Source of the DNA: a virus
Lineage: Duplodnaviria > Caudoviricetes
Length of the DNA stretch: 40,635 nucleotides
Virus record (IMG/VR): IMGVR_UViG_3300020045_007074
Location: 1 to 40,635 of that record
Direction: 5' to 3' (one strand)
Shown here: positions 8,103 to 17,773 of the stretch, in pieces
Layout of the letters: every line of letters starts with the position of its first letter
How positions within the stretch are numbered: position 1 is the first letter of the stretch
The notes under the pieces: model-generated
What the model was told of the DNA's origin: nothing
The model's input: the letters and a program-made list of their open reading frames with translations, nothing else
The model's database searches: none
Made by a program: the position numbers and the translations under genes

Positions 8103-8134
8103 TTGACTTTGTACTCACTTAGAGTGAGTATTTT
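8103..8134 (+). promoter_or_regulatory. Possible capsid promoter with palindrome TACTCACT-TAG-AGTGAGTA
   Basis: TTGACT 8103-8108; 8-bp inverted repeat 8112-8130; TATTTT 8129-8134 (20-nt spacer, non-optimal). Confidence 0.4.
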
Positions 8135-8293
8135 ATTAACCGAGAACTTTCGATCAAAGTTGAAAGCCGGTTGACAGTCTGAAAGTAAGACCCTTCGCCT
8201 TAGAGGAATTTAAGGTATGAAGTGGCCCTATGTTATCATAGACAAGCCTTTCGATAGATAGTTTAACTTTAACTTTCATTGGAGGGACATAAT

Positions 8294-9184
8294 ATGTCTG
8301 CAAATTTACCTGGTCATTATGTGATCCAGTACGCAAACAACATCAAACTTTTATTACAACAAAAGGGTTCTAAACTTCGCCAATACGTTACAACCGGAAA
8401 CTATGTTGGAAAACAAGCTTCTCCTGTTGACCAAATTGGTGCGGTTGAAATGCAACCCGTACTAGGACGTTTTGAGCCCATTGGTCGTCAAGACGCTCCT
8501 GTAGATAGACGCTGGGTTTTCCCTTCGGACTATGACTTAAATCAAATTATAGATTCCTTCGACAAGGTAAGACTACTTTTAGATCCTAAAAGTTCTTACG
8601 TTGAGAACGGCGTTTTCGCGGCAGGTAGAAAGATCGACGATCTTATTATCGCAGCGGGTAACGGCGATTCAAAAACAGGCGAGCAAGGCGGAACAACTAC
8701 AGCACTTCCTTCTACTCAAAAAGTAGCTCGTACTTTTGGAGCTGCCGCAGCAACGGGCGCGACAGTGGCAAAACTTCGCGAAGGAAAAAGAATTTTAATG
8801 GCGAACGAAGTTGACCTTGAATCTGATATGTTGGTTAACGTAGTTACTGCAAAGCAACACGATAACTACCTCGCAGAAGCGCAAGTTATTTCCACAGACT
8901 TTAATGACAAACCAGTTTTAGTTGAAGGAAAAGTTACTCGTTTCTTAGGTATCAACATTGTTCATTGCGAAAGACTTGCTCTTTCAACTGACGGTAACCT
9001 TGACAGACTTTGTCCTGTATGGGCAAAATCCGGGATGCACCTTGGAATGTGGGAAGAGATCATGACTGATATCTCTCAAAGAAAAGACATCAAAGGTCTT
9101 CCTTGGCAGGCATACGTTAAAATGATAATGGGCGCTACACGATTAGAAGAAAAGAAATACGTTCAAATCGCGTGCGACGAGTAA
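8294..9184 (+). CDS. Major capsid protein
   Basis: LLQQKGSKLR, DKVRLLLDP, AAGRKIDD, STDFN, GATRLEE motifs; SD GGAGG supports ATG 8294. Confidence 0.92.
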   Translation: MSANLPGHYVIQYANNIKLLLQQKGSKLRQYVTTGNYVGKQASPVDQIGAVEMQPVLGRFEPIGRQDAPVDRRWVFPSDYDLNQIIDSFDKVRLLLDPKSSYVENGVFAAGRKIDDLIIAAGNGDSKTGEQGGTTTALPSTQKVARTFGAAAATGATVAKLREGKRILMANEVDLESDMLVNVVTAKQHDNYLAEAQVISTDFNDKPVLVEGKVTRFLGINIVHCERLALSTDGNLDRLCPVWAKSGMHLGMWEEIMTDISQRKDIKGLPWQAYVKMIMGATRLEEKKYVQIACDE

Positions 9185-9215
9185 TTTTAAAATTTAATTA
9201 AAAAGGAGAAATAAT

Positions 9216-9716
9216 ATGGCTGTCGTATCTACAAAATCTACGCAGATCGCTAACAGGGATGCTACTCCCAAGGTCATTTCAAATAGCTTCTTAACAAAAG
9301 CTCTTATGAATGTGGCCTCTGGAGTGGTAGGAGCCGTAAGTGGTGATTCAATTGCGTCGAAGTATTTTTTTACAAGCGTTCCAAGTTCAGCAAAAATGGT
9401 TTCACTAGCGCTCAGTCATCCAGATATCGGAACTACCGGCCTCATGGATGTTGGTTTATATCAAACTACTGAAGCTGGCGGAGCGGTAGTTGACGCTGAT
9501 TTTTTTAAAGCGGCGTACAGCTTAAGCGGCGGAGCGGCCACAAAATCTGAACAACTTTTCGGCAACGTGGTAACTGTTGCGAATGCTGAAAAGCGGTTGT
9601 GGGAGCATTTAGGACTTACTTCCGATCCCGGCGTTATGTATGACATCGTCGGAACTTTGACTGCGGCGCAAGACGCAAGCGGAGCGGTCTTAGTTGAAGC
9701 GAGTTATTTAGAATAG
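9216..9716 (+). CDS. Putative capsid cement/decoration protein
   Basis: Directly after capsid, strong SD, beta-rich, followed by terminator. Confidence 0.6.
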   Translation: MAVVSTKSTQIANRDATPKVISNSFLTKALMNVASGVVGAVSGDSIASKYFFTSVPSSAKMVSLALSHPDIGTTGLMDVGLYQTTEAGGAVVDADFFKAAYSLSGGAATKSEQLFGNVVTVANAEKRLWEHLGLTSDPGVMYDIVGTLTAAQDASGAVLVEASYLE

Positions 9717-9727
9717 TAACGAAAGCA

Positions 9728-9767
9728 AGAGAGGCTCCCTTTTTAAAAGGAGCCTCTCTGCCTTTTT
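9728..9767 (+). terminator. Intrinsic terminator
   Basis: AGAGAGGCTCC/GGAGCCTCTCT 11-bp stem followed by T run. Confidence 0.85.
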
Positions 9768-9781
9768 AATGGAGAGATAAA

Positions 9782-9976
9782 ATGGCAACACGTTTGTATG
9801 GAATTTCTAAAGGGGAAACTGAGTTTCAAATTACTGAAAGTGTCGGCTCTGCCGTAGCTGCGGACAATATTGAATTGACCATTGATTTAGCAGTCGGCTT
9901 AACAAGAGAAGATGTTTTACTTGCTCTTGAGAAATTTGAAAATCACATTTTAAAAGGTTTATTTCCGCCAGCATAA
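9782..9976 (+). CDS. Hypothetical virion-region protein
   Basis: 64 aa, SD GGAG. Confidence 0.7.
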   Translation: MATRLYGISKGETEFQITESVGSAVAADNIELTIDLAVGLTREDVLLALEKFENHILKGLFPPA

Positions 9977-9986
9977 GGAGATTTAG

Positions 9987-10475
9987 ATGCAAAGTTTTAA
10001 GAGCGGTTCTCCGTCAGCTTTTGCCGAAGTAAAAGAGTTACTAACTCTTTTATCAAGCCCAGACAAAGTTAAGTCAGCCGTCAAAGAATTAGACGAAAGA
10101 CTTTCCGAGGCGTTAAAGGCAGAAAAAGAAGTAAGTTCAAAAATAGATTTTTTATCTCAGCTAGAAACAAAGACAAAAGAGAGAGAAAAATTTGTTGAAG
10201 ACAAAGAAGAAAAACTTGTCGAATTGGACGCCGCTTTTTCTGCAAAGGCCGCCATATTCAATAAAAAAGAAGGCGATCTAGAAGCTAAAAAGAAAGCTTT
10301 TGACGAAGAAAAATCAAAATTTGAAATTTACAAGGCAGAAATTGAGTTAGAGCTAAACACTCTTAAACAAACTGCGGAAGTTAAACATAATGAAGCGAAT
10401 GATCTTGAGAGATCAGCGCAAGCGTTAAAGAGAGAATTTGAAGATAAGCTTCAGAAAATGAAAGCTTTGCAATAA
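9987..10475 (+). CDS. Coiled-coil hypothetical protein
   Basis: E/K-rich heptad pattern, SD GGAG. Confidence 0.75.
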   Translation: MQSFKSGSPSAFAEVKELLTLLSSPDKVKSAVKELDERLSEALKAEKEVSSKIDFLSQLETKTKEREKFVEDKEEKLVELDAAFSAKAAIFNKKEGDLEAKKKAFDEEKSKFEIYKAEIELELNTLKQTAEVKHNEANDLERSAQALKREFEDKLQKMKALQ

Positions 10476-10484
10476 GGAGAAACC

Positions 10485-10784
10485 ATGGCAGCGAATATGA
10501 CAACAGTTCCAGGGCATTTAATCCCGATTAGTTTTCAGCAAATTACTACGGTTTCTGCTTCGATAGGGCTAACAGTACCGGACAAAACTGTTCTAGCAGT
10601 TATCCAGCCAGAGGCTCAAAATGTTAGGTACCGAGACGACGGGGTAGCACCAACAGCGGCTATCGGAATGAAGCTTATCGCTAACGACTTTTTATTTTAT
10701 ACAGGAGACATGGCCGCGATTAGGTTCATAGAAGAAGCGGCTTCTGCTAAGTTAAATATCACTTACTATCGAAACAACGGCTAA
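10485..10784 (+). CDS. Small beta-sandwich putative virion protein
   Basis: VRYRDDGVAPTAAIG pattern; SD AAGGAG. Confidence 0.65.
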   Translation: MAANMTTVPGHLIPISFQQITTVSASIGLTVPDKTVLAVIQPEAQNVRYRDDGVAPTAAIGMKLIANDFLFYTGDMAAIRFIEEAASAKLNITYYRNNG

Positions 10785-10804
10785 ATAATTTCTAAGGGGG
10801 AAGG

Positions 10805-11104
10805 ATGCAAAAACATTCTGGAAGCGGAAACCCCCTAAAATTTTCCGGCATAACAAACGCGAATACGAACGTAACTACTTCTAGCACTTTAATTTTAGCA
10901 GCTAATGTGAATAGGAAAAACGCCGGGGGATTTAACCAATCCGGGGGCGTGGTATATGTAAAATTCGGAGCAGCGGCGGTTGTAGGCGAAGGGGTTAGAA
11001 TCCCGAATAACGAAATGATCCCAATACCGGAAGGTTTTACCGGGGATGTTTACGGCATAAAAAATGCCGGGTCGGGGGACGTCAATATGTGGGAGGGGGT
11101 TTAA
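10805..11104 (+). CDS. Small beta-sandwich putative virion protein
   Basis: ILAANVNRK...VVYVKFG...GDVYGI pattern. Confidence 0.65.
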   Translation: MQKHSGSGNPLKFSGITNANTNVTTSSTLILAANVNRKNAGGFNQSGGVVYVKFGAAAVVGEGVRIPNNEMIPIPEGFTGDVYGIKNAGSGDVNMWEGV

Positions 11105-12046
11105 TTGGCAGTAGCGGATTACGTTTATAGATTACTACGAAATGAAAAAGACGTTACGGATAAGATTACAAAAGTTGATGAACTTAGTTCTACATTTGCA
11201 TTTTTAGGGGTGGCATTAGACGGGTCTTTAACTAGCGCCGCAGTGTGGAAAGTAGCAAGAATATATAGGCAGGGAAACGCATACACTATAGAATATGCCT
11301 TTGGCGGGAATTACGATCAAGTCTGGGACGACCGTCAAACTTTATTCCCTAATGTCGCTTTAACTAATTCTTACTCCGTTAATTTTGATGGGGTAAATGA
11401 TTACGTGAATTTAGGTACGACTACGCTTACGTCAATGGACATTGGGCAAGCTTGGTCTATGTCTTTTTGGATTAAACTTAATAATTATGCTTCACAACGC
11501 TCTATATATGGAAAAGCAACGGGAGATCCCTACGGGTTTTTCTTTTATGTAAGTACAAGTGGGTTATTAGTCGCTCACGCGAGGACTGCGACCTATAGCT
11601 ATGCTAGAACAGGAAGTACAGTATTCCCTCTTAATGTATGGAAACAAGTAACAGTAGTATATTCGGGATCAGGAAATATTTCAGGATTTGATATGTATAT
11701 AGACGGCGTTTTAGAATCAGCTTCGGGTACGGGGGTTTTAACTACGTCATTTCATGCAGGGCAAACGGCTTCGATAGGGGCCAGAGGCGGGCTCGCTACT
11801 TTTTTTTCGGGCCGTATAGACGAGTCATCATTCTGGTTTAAAAAACTAACTTCGGCTGAAATTTTAGAAATATATAATTCTGGGCAGCCAGCGGACTTAA
11901 ACGATCATTCTGCATTTGCGGATCTTTTGCATTGGTGGAGAATGGGGGATAGCGACACTTATCCAATAATTCTAGATAATGTTGCTAGTGTAAACGGGAC
12001 AATGACTAATCAAACCAGTGTTGACATAATTGCGGACGTGCCATGA
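11105..12046 (+). CDS. LamG/concanavalin A-like lectin domain protein
   Basis: FDGVNDYV, SMSFWIK, W..VTVVY, MYIDG, FSGRIDE, WWRMGD motifs. Confidence 0.85.
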   Translation: MAVADYVYRLLRNEKDVTDKITKVDELSSTFAFLGVALDGSLTSAAVWKVARIYRQGNAYTIEYAFGGNYDQVWDDRQTLFPNVALTNSYSVNFDGVNDYVNLGTTTLTSMDIGQAWSMSFWIKLNNYASQRSIYGKATGDPYGFFFYVSTSGLLVAHARTATYSYARTGSTVFPLNVWKQVTVVYSGSGNISGFDMYIDGVLESASGTGVLTTSFHAGQTASIGARGGLATFFSGRIDESSFWFKKLTSAEILEIYNSGQPADLNDHSAFADLLHWWRMGDSDTYPIILDNVASVNGTMTNQTSVDIIADVP

Positions 12047-12270
12047 GTAAATTTAAAAACGGGAAGATTTATATTATTATTAATTGCGAGGACATAACTC
12101 AGGCGATGGTTAATTATTCTACATCTATTAGTAAAGAAAACATGCCGCAAAAAACAGTAGGCGGAATTGTAAAAAGAATTATTGAAATAAGTGAACCGGC
12201 GAATGACATGTTTATTAGTTATACTTGGTATGGGCAAGATGAAATAATAGAAGTATGGGACGCTTTATAA
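12043..12270 (+). CDS. Hypothetical protein
   Basis: 75 aa, ATGA overlap. Confidence 0.6.
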   Translation: MSKFKNGKIYIIINCEDITQAMVNYSTSISKENMPQKTVGGIVKRIIEISEPANDMFISYTWYGQDEIIEVWDAL

Positions 12271-12288
12271 AATAAAAGGGATACACCT

Positions 12289-12861
12289 ATGGCGAGTAAA
12301 GTTGAAATTTGTAACAGAGCGCTTCAAAAACTAGGAGCTGAAAGAATAACTTCCATTACTGAAGATAGCGTTAATGCAAGAGCTTGCAACGTGGCCTTTG
12401 AGCCTGTTAAACTTTCTGAGTTAAGGGCTCACCCATGGAGTTTTGCTATTAAAAGAGCGGTACTCGCCGCCAGTGCTACTCCTCCCGAATTTGGAAGGCC
12501 TCGCTCGTATCCGCTACCCGCTGATTTTTTAAGACTCCTTCCTCCGTATCCAGAAATGAATACTAACGACCTTGATTGGCAGATTGAAGGAAAATCTATT
12601 TACACATTTGACAGTGCTCCGCTACAAATAAGATATATCTACGACGTAACAGATACTAACGAAATGGACACCTTATTTAGAGAAGCGTTGTCGACAAAAT
12701 TAGCAGGAGAATTGTGTGAAGAATTGACTCAAAGCAATTCTAAAAAAGAGAGTCTCAGACTCGACTACAAAGACATTATAAAAGAAGCAAGACGAAACAA
12801 CGGGATTGAGAATGTGGCGCAACAACCGCCCGAAGATCCGTTTATTACAGTGAGGTTTTAG
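12289..12861 (+). CDS. Tail tubular protein A / adaptor (T7 gp11-like)
   Basis: SKVEICNRALQKLG, HPWSFAIKR, YPLPADFLR motifs. Confidence 0.88.
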   Translation: MASKVEICNRALQKLGAERITSITEDSVNARACNVAFEPVKLSELRAHPWSFAIKRAVLAASATPPEFGRPRSYPLPADFLRLLPPYPEMNTNDLDWQIEGKSIYTFDSAPLQIRYIYDVTDTNEMDTLFREALSTKLAGELCEELTQSNSKKESLRLDYKDIIKEARRNNGIENVAQQPPEDPFITVRF

Positions 12862-15368
12862 TGCCGAAAGCAGCGCCGTTACAATCTAATTTTTCAGGCG
12901 GAGAATTTAGCCCTCAACTTGTTGGGCGCGTTGATTCTGATAGGTACAAGACTTCACTTAAAACTTGTTTGAATTATATCCCCACCATACAAGGGGATCT
13001 AGTTAGAAGGTCCGGGACATCTTTTGTTTTTCCAACAAAAGACAATGAAGTCGCGAGAATAATTGCTTTTGAATTTTCCACTACTCAAGCCTATCTCCTA
13101 GAATTCGGCCATGAGTATATTAGATTTTTTAAAGACTACGGCATAATAACAAACACTGCGGTAAATATAACTGGCGCGACTCAGGCAAACCCAGTCGTCA
13201 TAACGGCTGTTGCTCACGGTTTTTCAAACGGGGACAGAGTTACAATCAACAGCGTTTCTGGGATGACTCAACTTAATAACAGAGAGTTTACTGTCGCAAA
13301 CGTTGCGGCGAATACTTTTGAATTATCGGGGGTAGATGGCACCGGGTTTGACGCGTATACCTCCGGCGGAACTGCCGCTGAAATTTATGAGATAGTAAGT
13401 CCATATCAAGACACTGAACTGTTTAAACTAAAACACACCCAAAGTGCTGACATACTCTATCTTACACACCCGAGTCATCCGCCCAAAAAACTTCAAAGAT
13501 TTGCGCACAATAGCTGGACTATTGAAACTATAGATTTTCTTGACGGGCCCTATTTAACTCAAAACAAAACTACTACTACACTAACCCCGAGCGCGGCCAC
13601 GGGGTCTATAACTGTTACCGCTTCCGCAGTTACGGGCATCAATGACGACCAAGGATTTTTAGTAACGGATATCGGAAGACTTATCCGTTTTAAACATGGG
13701 TCGACCTGGGGGTATGTGAAGATAACCGCCTACACAAGTACGACTGTTGTAAGTGCTGACGTACTGAGCACTCTCGGCGCGGCAACGGCGGTAGACCCCT
13801 GGCGGTTAGGACTTTATTCAGAGACTACCGGATATCCTGCTGCGGTAATGTTTCATGAAGACAGATTATTTTTTGCAGGAGCGGCTATTGCTCCGCAGAG
13901 AATTGACGGGTCAAAATCTGGCGATTATGAAAACTTTGCTCCCACCGAAACCGACGGAACAGTTTCAGCTAATAACGCCGTAGGGTTTAGTTTTAATGCC
14001 AATGACGTTAACGCTAATAGATGGCTCGCCTCTGACGAGAAGGCATTGCTCGCTGGCACTGTTGCCGGAGAGTGGGCGACTCGTCCCAGTTCTCAAAGCG
14101 AAGCGTTGAGCCCTACAAACATCACGGCAAAACGTGCGACGACTGAAGGCAGTGAAGATATTCAACCGATTCAATCAGGTAAGTCTACTTTATTCATTCA
14201 GCGCGGCGGAAGAATTTTGCGAGAAATGAATTACTACTATGACGTTGACGGATTCAGAGCAACAAATTTAACAGAGCTTTCAGGGCACGTCACACTAAGC
14301 GGCATTAAACAAATGACATATCAAAAAATTCCTCAGCCCCTTGTGTGGTGCGTGAGAAATGACGGAGTGCTCGCGGCTATGACGTATAGCCGTGATCTTG
14401 ATAATTTAAGAGCAGGATGGCACAGACATGTTATTGGTGGGTTCAGCGATAGTTCTCAATCCGCAGCTATTGTCGAAAGTGCTGCGTCTCTTATTTCTTT
14501 AGATCAAACAACTCAAGAATTGTGGGTCGTAGTTCAAAGAAAAATTGACGGAGAAATTAGACGATACATTGAGTACATGACAAAAAACTTTGACGACGAA
14601 AATGAACAGCGCTTTGCTTTCTTTGTTGATTCGGGGCTGACCTTTGATAACCCTAAATCTATTTCCGCTGCGACTCAGGCAAGTCCCGTGGTCATAACCG
14701 CTACTGCTCACGGCGTATCTAACGGAGATAAGGTTTTAATATCCGACGTTAAAGGTATGACCGAGCTAAATGGACAGACTTTTATAGCCGCAAACATAAC
14801 GGCTAACACCATGGAATTAACTGAGGTAGAAGGCGGAGGCCCTGTTGACGGCACTGCATTCGGAGTGTATGGCTCGGGCGGCGCGGTGAGAAAACTTGTG
14901 TCCATGATATTTGGATTAAATCATCTAGAGGGAGAAACACTTTCTGTTCTAGCTGACGGAGCGGTTCAACCCGATAAGGTAGTGACAAACGGAAAGTTAA
15001 CTCTATCGACTCCTGCGGCCACGGTAACCATGGGCTACGGGTACAATTCTGACGGAGAAACTTTGAGGATAGAAGCCGGAGCCGCAGACGGAACGTCTCT
15101 TGGAAAAACAAGACGTATTCATTTACTGGGGATGTTGCTTCATAGAACGCTAGGGCTTAAACTAGGACCCAGTTTTAGTAAACTAGATACCGTTGTTTTT
15201 AGAAAAACCTCAGACCCTATGACAAGAGCCCCCGGGCTATTCACAGGGATTATTTCAAAGAGCGTTGCGTTTAACTACGATTTTGAAAACCACATTTGTT
15301 GGAGGCAAGATCAGCCATTACCCGGAAGGATACTAGCGGTCATGCCGCAGTTAATGGAATATGATTAG
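12861..15368 (+). CDS. Tail tubular protein B / nozzle (T7 gp12-like) with two inserted repeat domains
   Basis: NFSGGEFSP, RRSGT, QSADILY, GYPAAV.FHEDRL, AGWHRH motifs. Confidence 0.88.
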   Translation: MPKAAPLQSNFSGGEFSPQLVGRVDSDRYKTSLKTCLNYIPTIQGDLVRRSGTSFVFPTKDNEVARIIAFEFSTTQAYLLEFGHEYIRFFKDYGIITNTAVNITGATQANPVVITAVAHGFSNGDRVTINSVSGMTQLNNREFTVANVAANTFELSGVDGTGFDAYTSGGTAAEIYEIVSPYQDTELFKLKHTQSADILYLTHPSHPPKKLQRFAHNSWTIETIDFLDGPYLTQNKTTTTLTPSAATGSITVTASAVTGINDDQGFLVTDIGRLIRFKHGSTWGYVKITAYTSTTVVSADVLSTLGAATAVDPWRLGLYSETTGYPAAVMFHEDRLFFAGAAIAPQRIDGSKSGDYENFAPTETDGTVSANNAVGFSFNANDVNANRWLASDEKALLAGTVAGEWATRPSSQSEALSPTNITAKRATTEGSEDIQPIQSGKSTLFIQRGGRILREMNYYYDVDGFRATNLTELSGHVTLSGIKQMTYQKIPQPLVWCVRNDGVLAAMTYSRDLDNLRAGWHRHVIGGFSDSSQSAAIVESAASLISLDQTTQELWVVVQRKIDGEIRRYIEYMTKNFDDENEQRFAFFVDSGLTFDNPKSISAATQASPVVITATAHGVSNGDKVLISDVKGMTELNGQTFIAANITANTMELTEVEGGGPVDGTAFGVYGSGGAVRKLVSMIFGLNHLEGETLSVLADGAVQPDKVVTNGKLTLSTPAATVTMGYGYNSDGETLRIEAGAADGTSLGKTRRIHLLGMLLHRTLGLKLGPSFSKLDTVVFRKTSDPMTRAPGLFTGIISKSVAFNYDFENHICWRQDQPLPGRILAVMPQLMEYD

Positions 15369-15789
15369 TACGGTTGAATTTAAGAAAGAGCACATGGAAT
15401 ATTTATTAAAATTTCAAGCAAAGGAATATAAAGAGTACATGACTTCGGAAGTAATGCAGGCTCTTGAAGACAGTAAAAAAAGTCTTACCTTTTTAAATGA
15501 GTACGGAGAAGTGCTGCTTTGCGGAGGGGTAAAAAAAATCTGGGACGGCAGAGGAGAACTGTGGGCAGTGTTTAATAATGTAAAAGGATCTTATTCGGCG
15601 TCATTACATAAGGCCGTTAAAAAAGGGATTGAAGTTCTAGGTCTTAAAAGAACCGAGACCGTAGTTATTTTTGAAAACACTTTGGGCCACAAGTTAGTAA
15701 AAAAATTAGGATTTAAAATTGAGACAGAAAGATTAACCGCGTACCTGCCTAACGGCGGGGATGCCTCAATGTATGTGAGGATAAACTAA
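15361..15789 (+). CDS. GNAT-fold-like protein (T7 gp13-like position)
   Basis: WDGRGELWA...KKLGFKIE pattern after nozzle. Confidence 0.65.
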   Translation: MISTVEFKKEHMEYLLKFQAKEYKEYMTSEVMQALEDSKKSLTFLNEYGEVLLCGGVKKIWDGRGELWAVFNNVKGSYSASLHKAVKKGIEVLGLKRTETVVIFENTLGHKLVKKLGFKIETERLTAYLPNGGDASMYVRIN

Positions 15790-16236
15790 ATGGCCTTTCC
15801 AGTATTAGCGGCGGTGTCGGCAGTATCTAGTTTATTCGGGCTATTCGGTGACTCAGAAAAAGCCCGAGCAGAAGAAAGAGCTGCGGCACATAACGCTTTT
15901 GTACAGCGGCAGCAAGCAACAATGGCCATACAAAATGCGTCAGAGTCAGAGCGCAGAATACAATCGGCGGGAAGAAAACATTTAGGTGCGATTAAAGCCG
16001 GAGTATCTGCAAGCGGAATAAACATGGAAGGTTCAGCCCTTGACGTTCTAGAAGAAAGTGCGACGAACGTGCAGCTTGACGCTTTAACTGTTAAGCATGA
16101 AGGCGCAATGAAAGCGTGGGCTCTGAGAGAGGGCGCGCAAATGGACACCTCAAGAGCAGAAAGTGCTAGAACAGCCGGAGCGTATGGGGCCGCAAGCTCG
16201 GTACTTAGAGCTGGCAGTAATCTGGCTTCATATTAA
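15790..16236 (+). CDS. Internal virion/ejection protein (gp14-like)
   Basis: Hydrophobic N-terminus, ASGI..EGSALDV motif, A/S-rich. Confidence 0.75.
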   Translation: MAFPVLAAVSAVSSLFGLFGDSEKARAEERAAAHNAFVQRQQATMAIQNASESERRIQSAGRKHLGAIKAGVSASGINMEGSALDVLEESATNVQLDALTVKHEGAMKAWALREGAQMDTSRAESARTAGAYGAASSVLRAGSNLASY

Positions 16237-16255
16237 AAACGGGGAGAATTAGTTA

Positions 16256-17773
16256 ATGCCTGAAATTAAAGAGTATGCGCCAAGAGTAGGAGTGCCGGGG
16301 GTTACTGATATACGACGAGCTACCTCCGAAGATTTTGGCGGACAAGTTGGGGAGGGTATTTCAAGGCTCGGCGAACAAGGTGCCGGATTTGCAGATTCTC
16401 TACAAAGAGCGCAAACCCAGCAAGAAATTTCTGACATAGGAGCAGAGATTGCTACTGCTCAAGCAGAGCTATCAGTAGAGTATCAAAAGCAATTAACTGA
16501 AGGCACGTTAACTGTAGATGAATTTTCTCAGCAAGTACGAGAAAGAACTGAGGCGATAGGGGAGGATATATCTACTCCCGAAGCCAAAAACTATTTAAAC
16601 AAAGCCTCTGCCACAGTTAATGGACATTTTCTTGGACAAGCCGCCGTAGGACAGGCGCAGTTAGCAGGAGCAAAAACCAAGAGCAATTTTGCAAAAGGGC
16701 TAAATGCTAGCACGACAACTCTATTAAACGATCCCAGTTCTTTTAACACTACTCTGAAACTTCAACAGGACAGTATTTCAAATCTTGTGGCAGGCGGAAC
16801 TTTACCTGCGGTTAAGGCAGAGGAGCTAAGACTTGAAACAACAAACGACTTAGCAAAATCAGCGATACAGGGCTGGATAAATCTGGACCCGATTGCAGCG
16901 AAGAAACAACTACAAGGCGGTGAGTGGGATAGGTATTTAGGCACTCAGGACGTAACTGGCGCGCAAGTAAAAGCGCAAATGCTCGGGCAAACTGAACAGG
17001 CGATTAGAGCAAAAGATATTGAAGACGAAAGACTTATAAAACAACAAGAGAAGATACTTAAAAAACAACAACAAGATACGCAAAATGATTTTCTAGTACG
17101 CATGGACAACAAAACGCTTTCGACCAAAGACATCCTGGCTTCTAACCTAGATCCTGTCGGGTCGGGAGGAAAAGAAAATTTTCTAGAAATGCTAAGACGG
17201 TCAAGTGACGATAAAATGAAAACAAACTCGGCGGTATTAATAGACTTATACTCAAGGATTCACTTACCTGCTACCGACCCGAAAGCTCTTACTGACGAAA
17301 ATGATTTGAATGCGTATATGGGCAGGGGGCTAACTATATCCGACATTACGTCTCTGAGAAAAGAAATACAAGATAAGGGCACTCAGGCCGGGGATATAGA
17401 GAGTCAGCTCAAAAAAGGTGTGGCAGACATAGCCAAAGGAAAACTTACTAAATCAAATCCTATGACCGGGTTTAAAGACCCAATAGGCGACGAGTCTTAT
17501 CAGCGATGGTTAAGCACTTTTTTAACTAAGTACAATGAGGGGAAGAAAACCGGAAAGACTCCCCAACAAATGTTAACTCCCGGGAATCCCGAGTACATAG
17601 GGGAATCGTCTCAATTTGTAAGAGCCCCGCTTGATGTCATGAAAGATCAAGTCAGATCCCTTCAACGTCCAGGGGCTCAACCCGCCGGGAAACCTCCGGT
17701 TAACGTAGCTCCTACTACTCCCAGAAAACCAGGGGAAACCCCCGCTCAATATTTAAAAAGGATTGGTAAATAG
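16256..17773 (+). CDS. Internal virion/ejection protein (gp15-like)
   Basis: 505-aa helical protein, synteny. Confidence 0.65.
   Translation: MPEIKEYAPRVGVPGVTDIRRATSEDFGGQVGEGISRLGEQGAGFADSLQRAQTQQEISDIGAEIATAQAELSVEYQKQLTEGTLTVDEFSQQVRERTEAIGEDISTPEAKNYLNKASATVNGHFLGQAAVGQAQLAGAKTKSNFAKGLNASTTTLLNDPSSFNTTLKLQQDSISNLVAGGTLPAVKAEELRLETTNDLAKSAIQGWINLDPIAAKKQLQGGEWDRYLGTQDVTGAQVKAQMLGQTEQAIRAKDIEDERLIKQQEKILKKQQQDTQNDFLVRMDNKTLSTKDILASNLDPVGSGGKENFLEMLRRSSDDKMKTNSAVLIDLYSRIHLPATDPKALTDENDLNAYMGRGLTISDITSLRKEIQDKGTQAGDIESQLKKGVADIAKGKLTKSNPMTGFKDPIGDESYQRWLSTFLTKYNEGKKTGKTPQQMLTPGNPEYIGESSQFVRAPLDVMKDQVRSLQRPGAQPAGKPPVNVAPTTPRKPGETPAQYLKRIGK

Noticed and set aside
9160-9216. T7-style capsid frameshift or readthrough extension
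   Set aside because: No convincing slippery site; the next gene has its own strong SD
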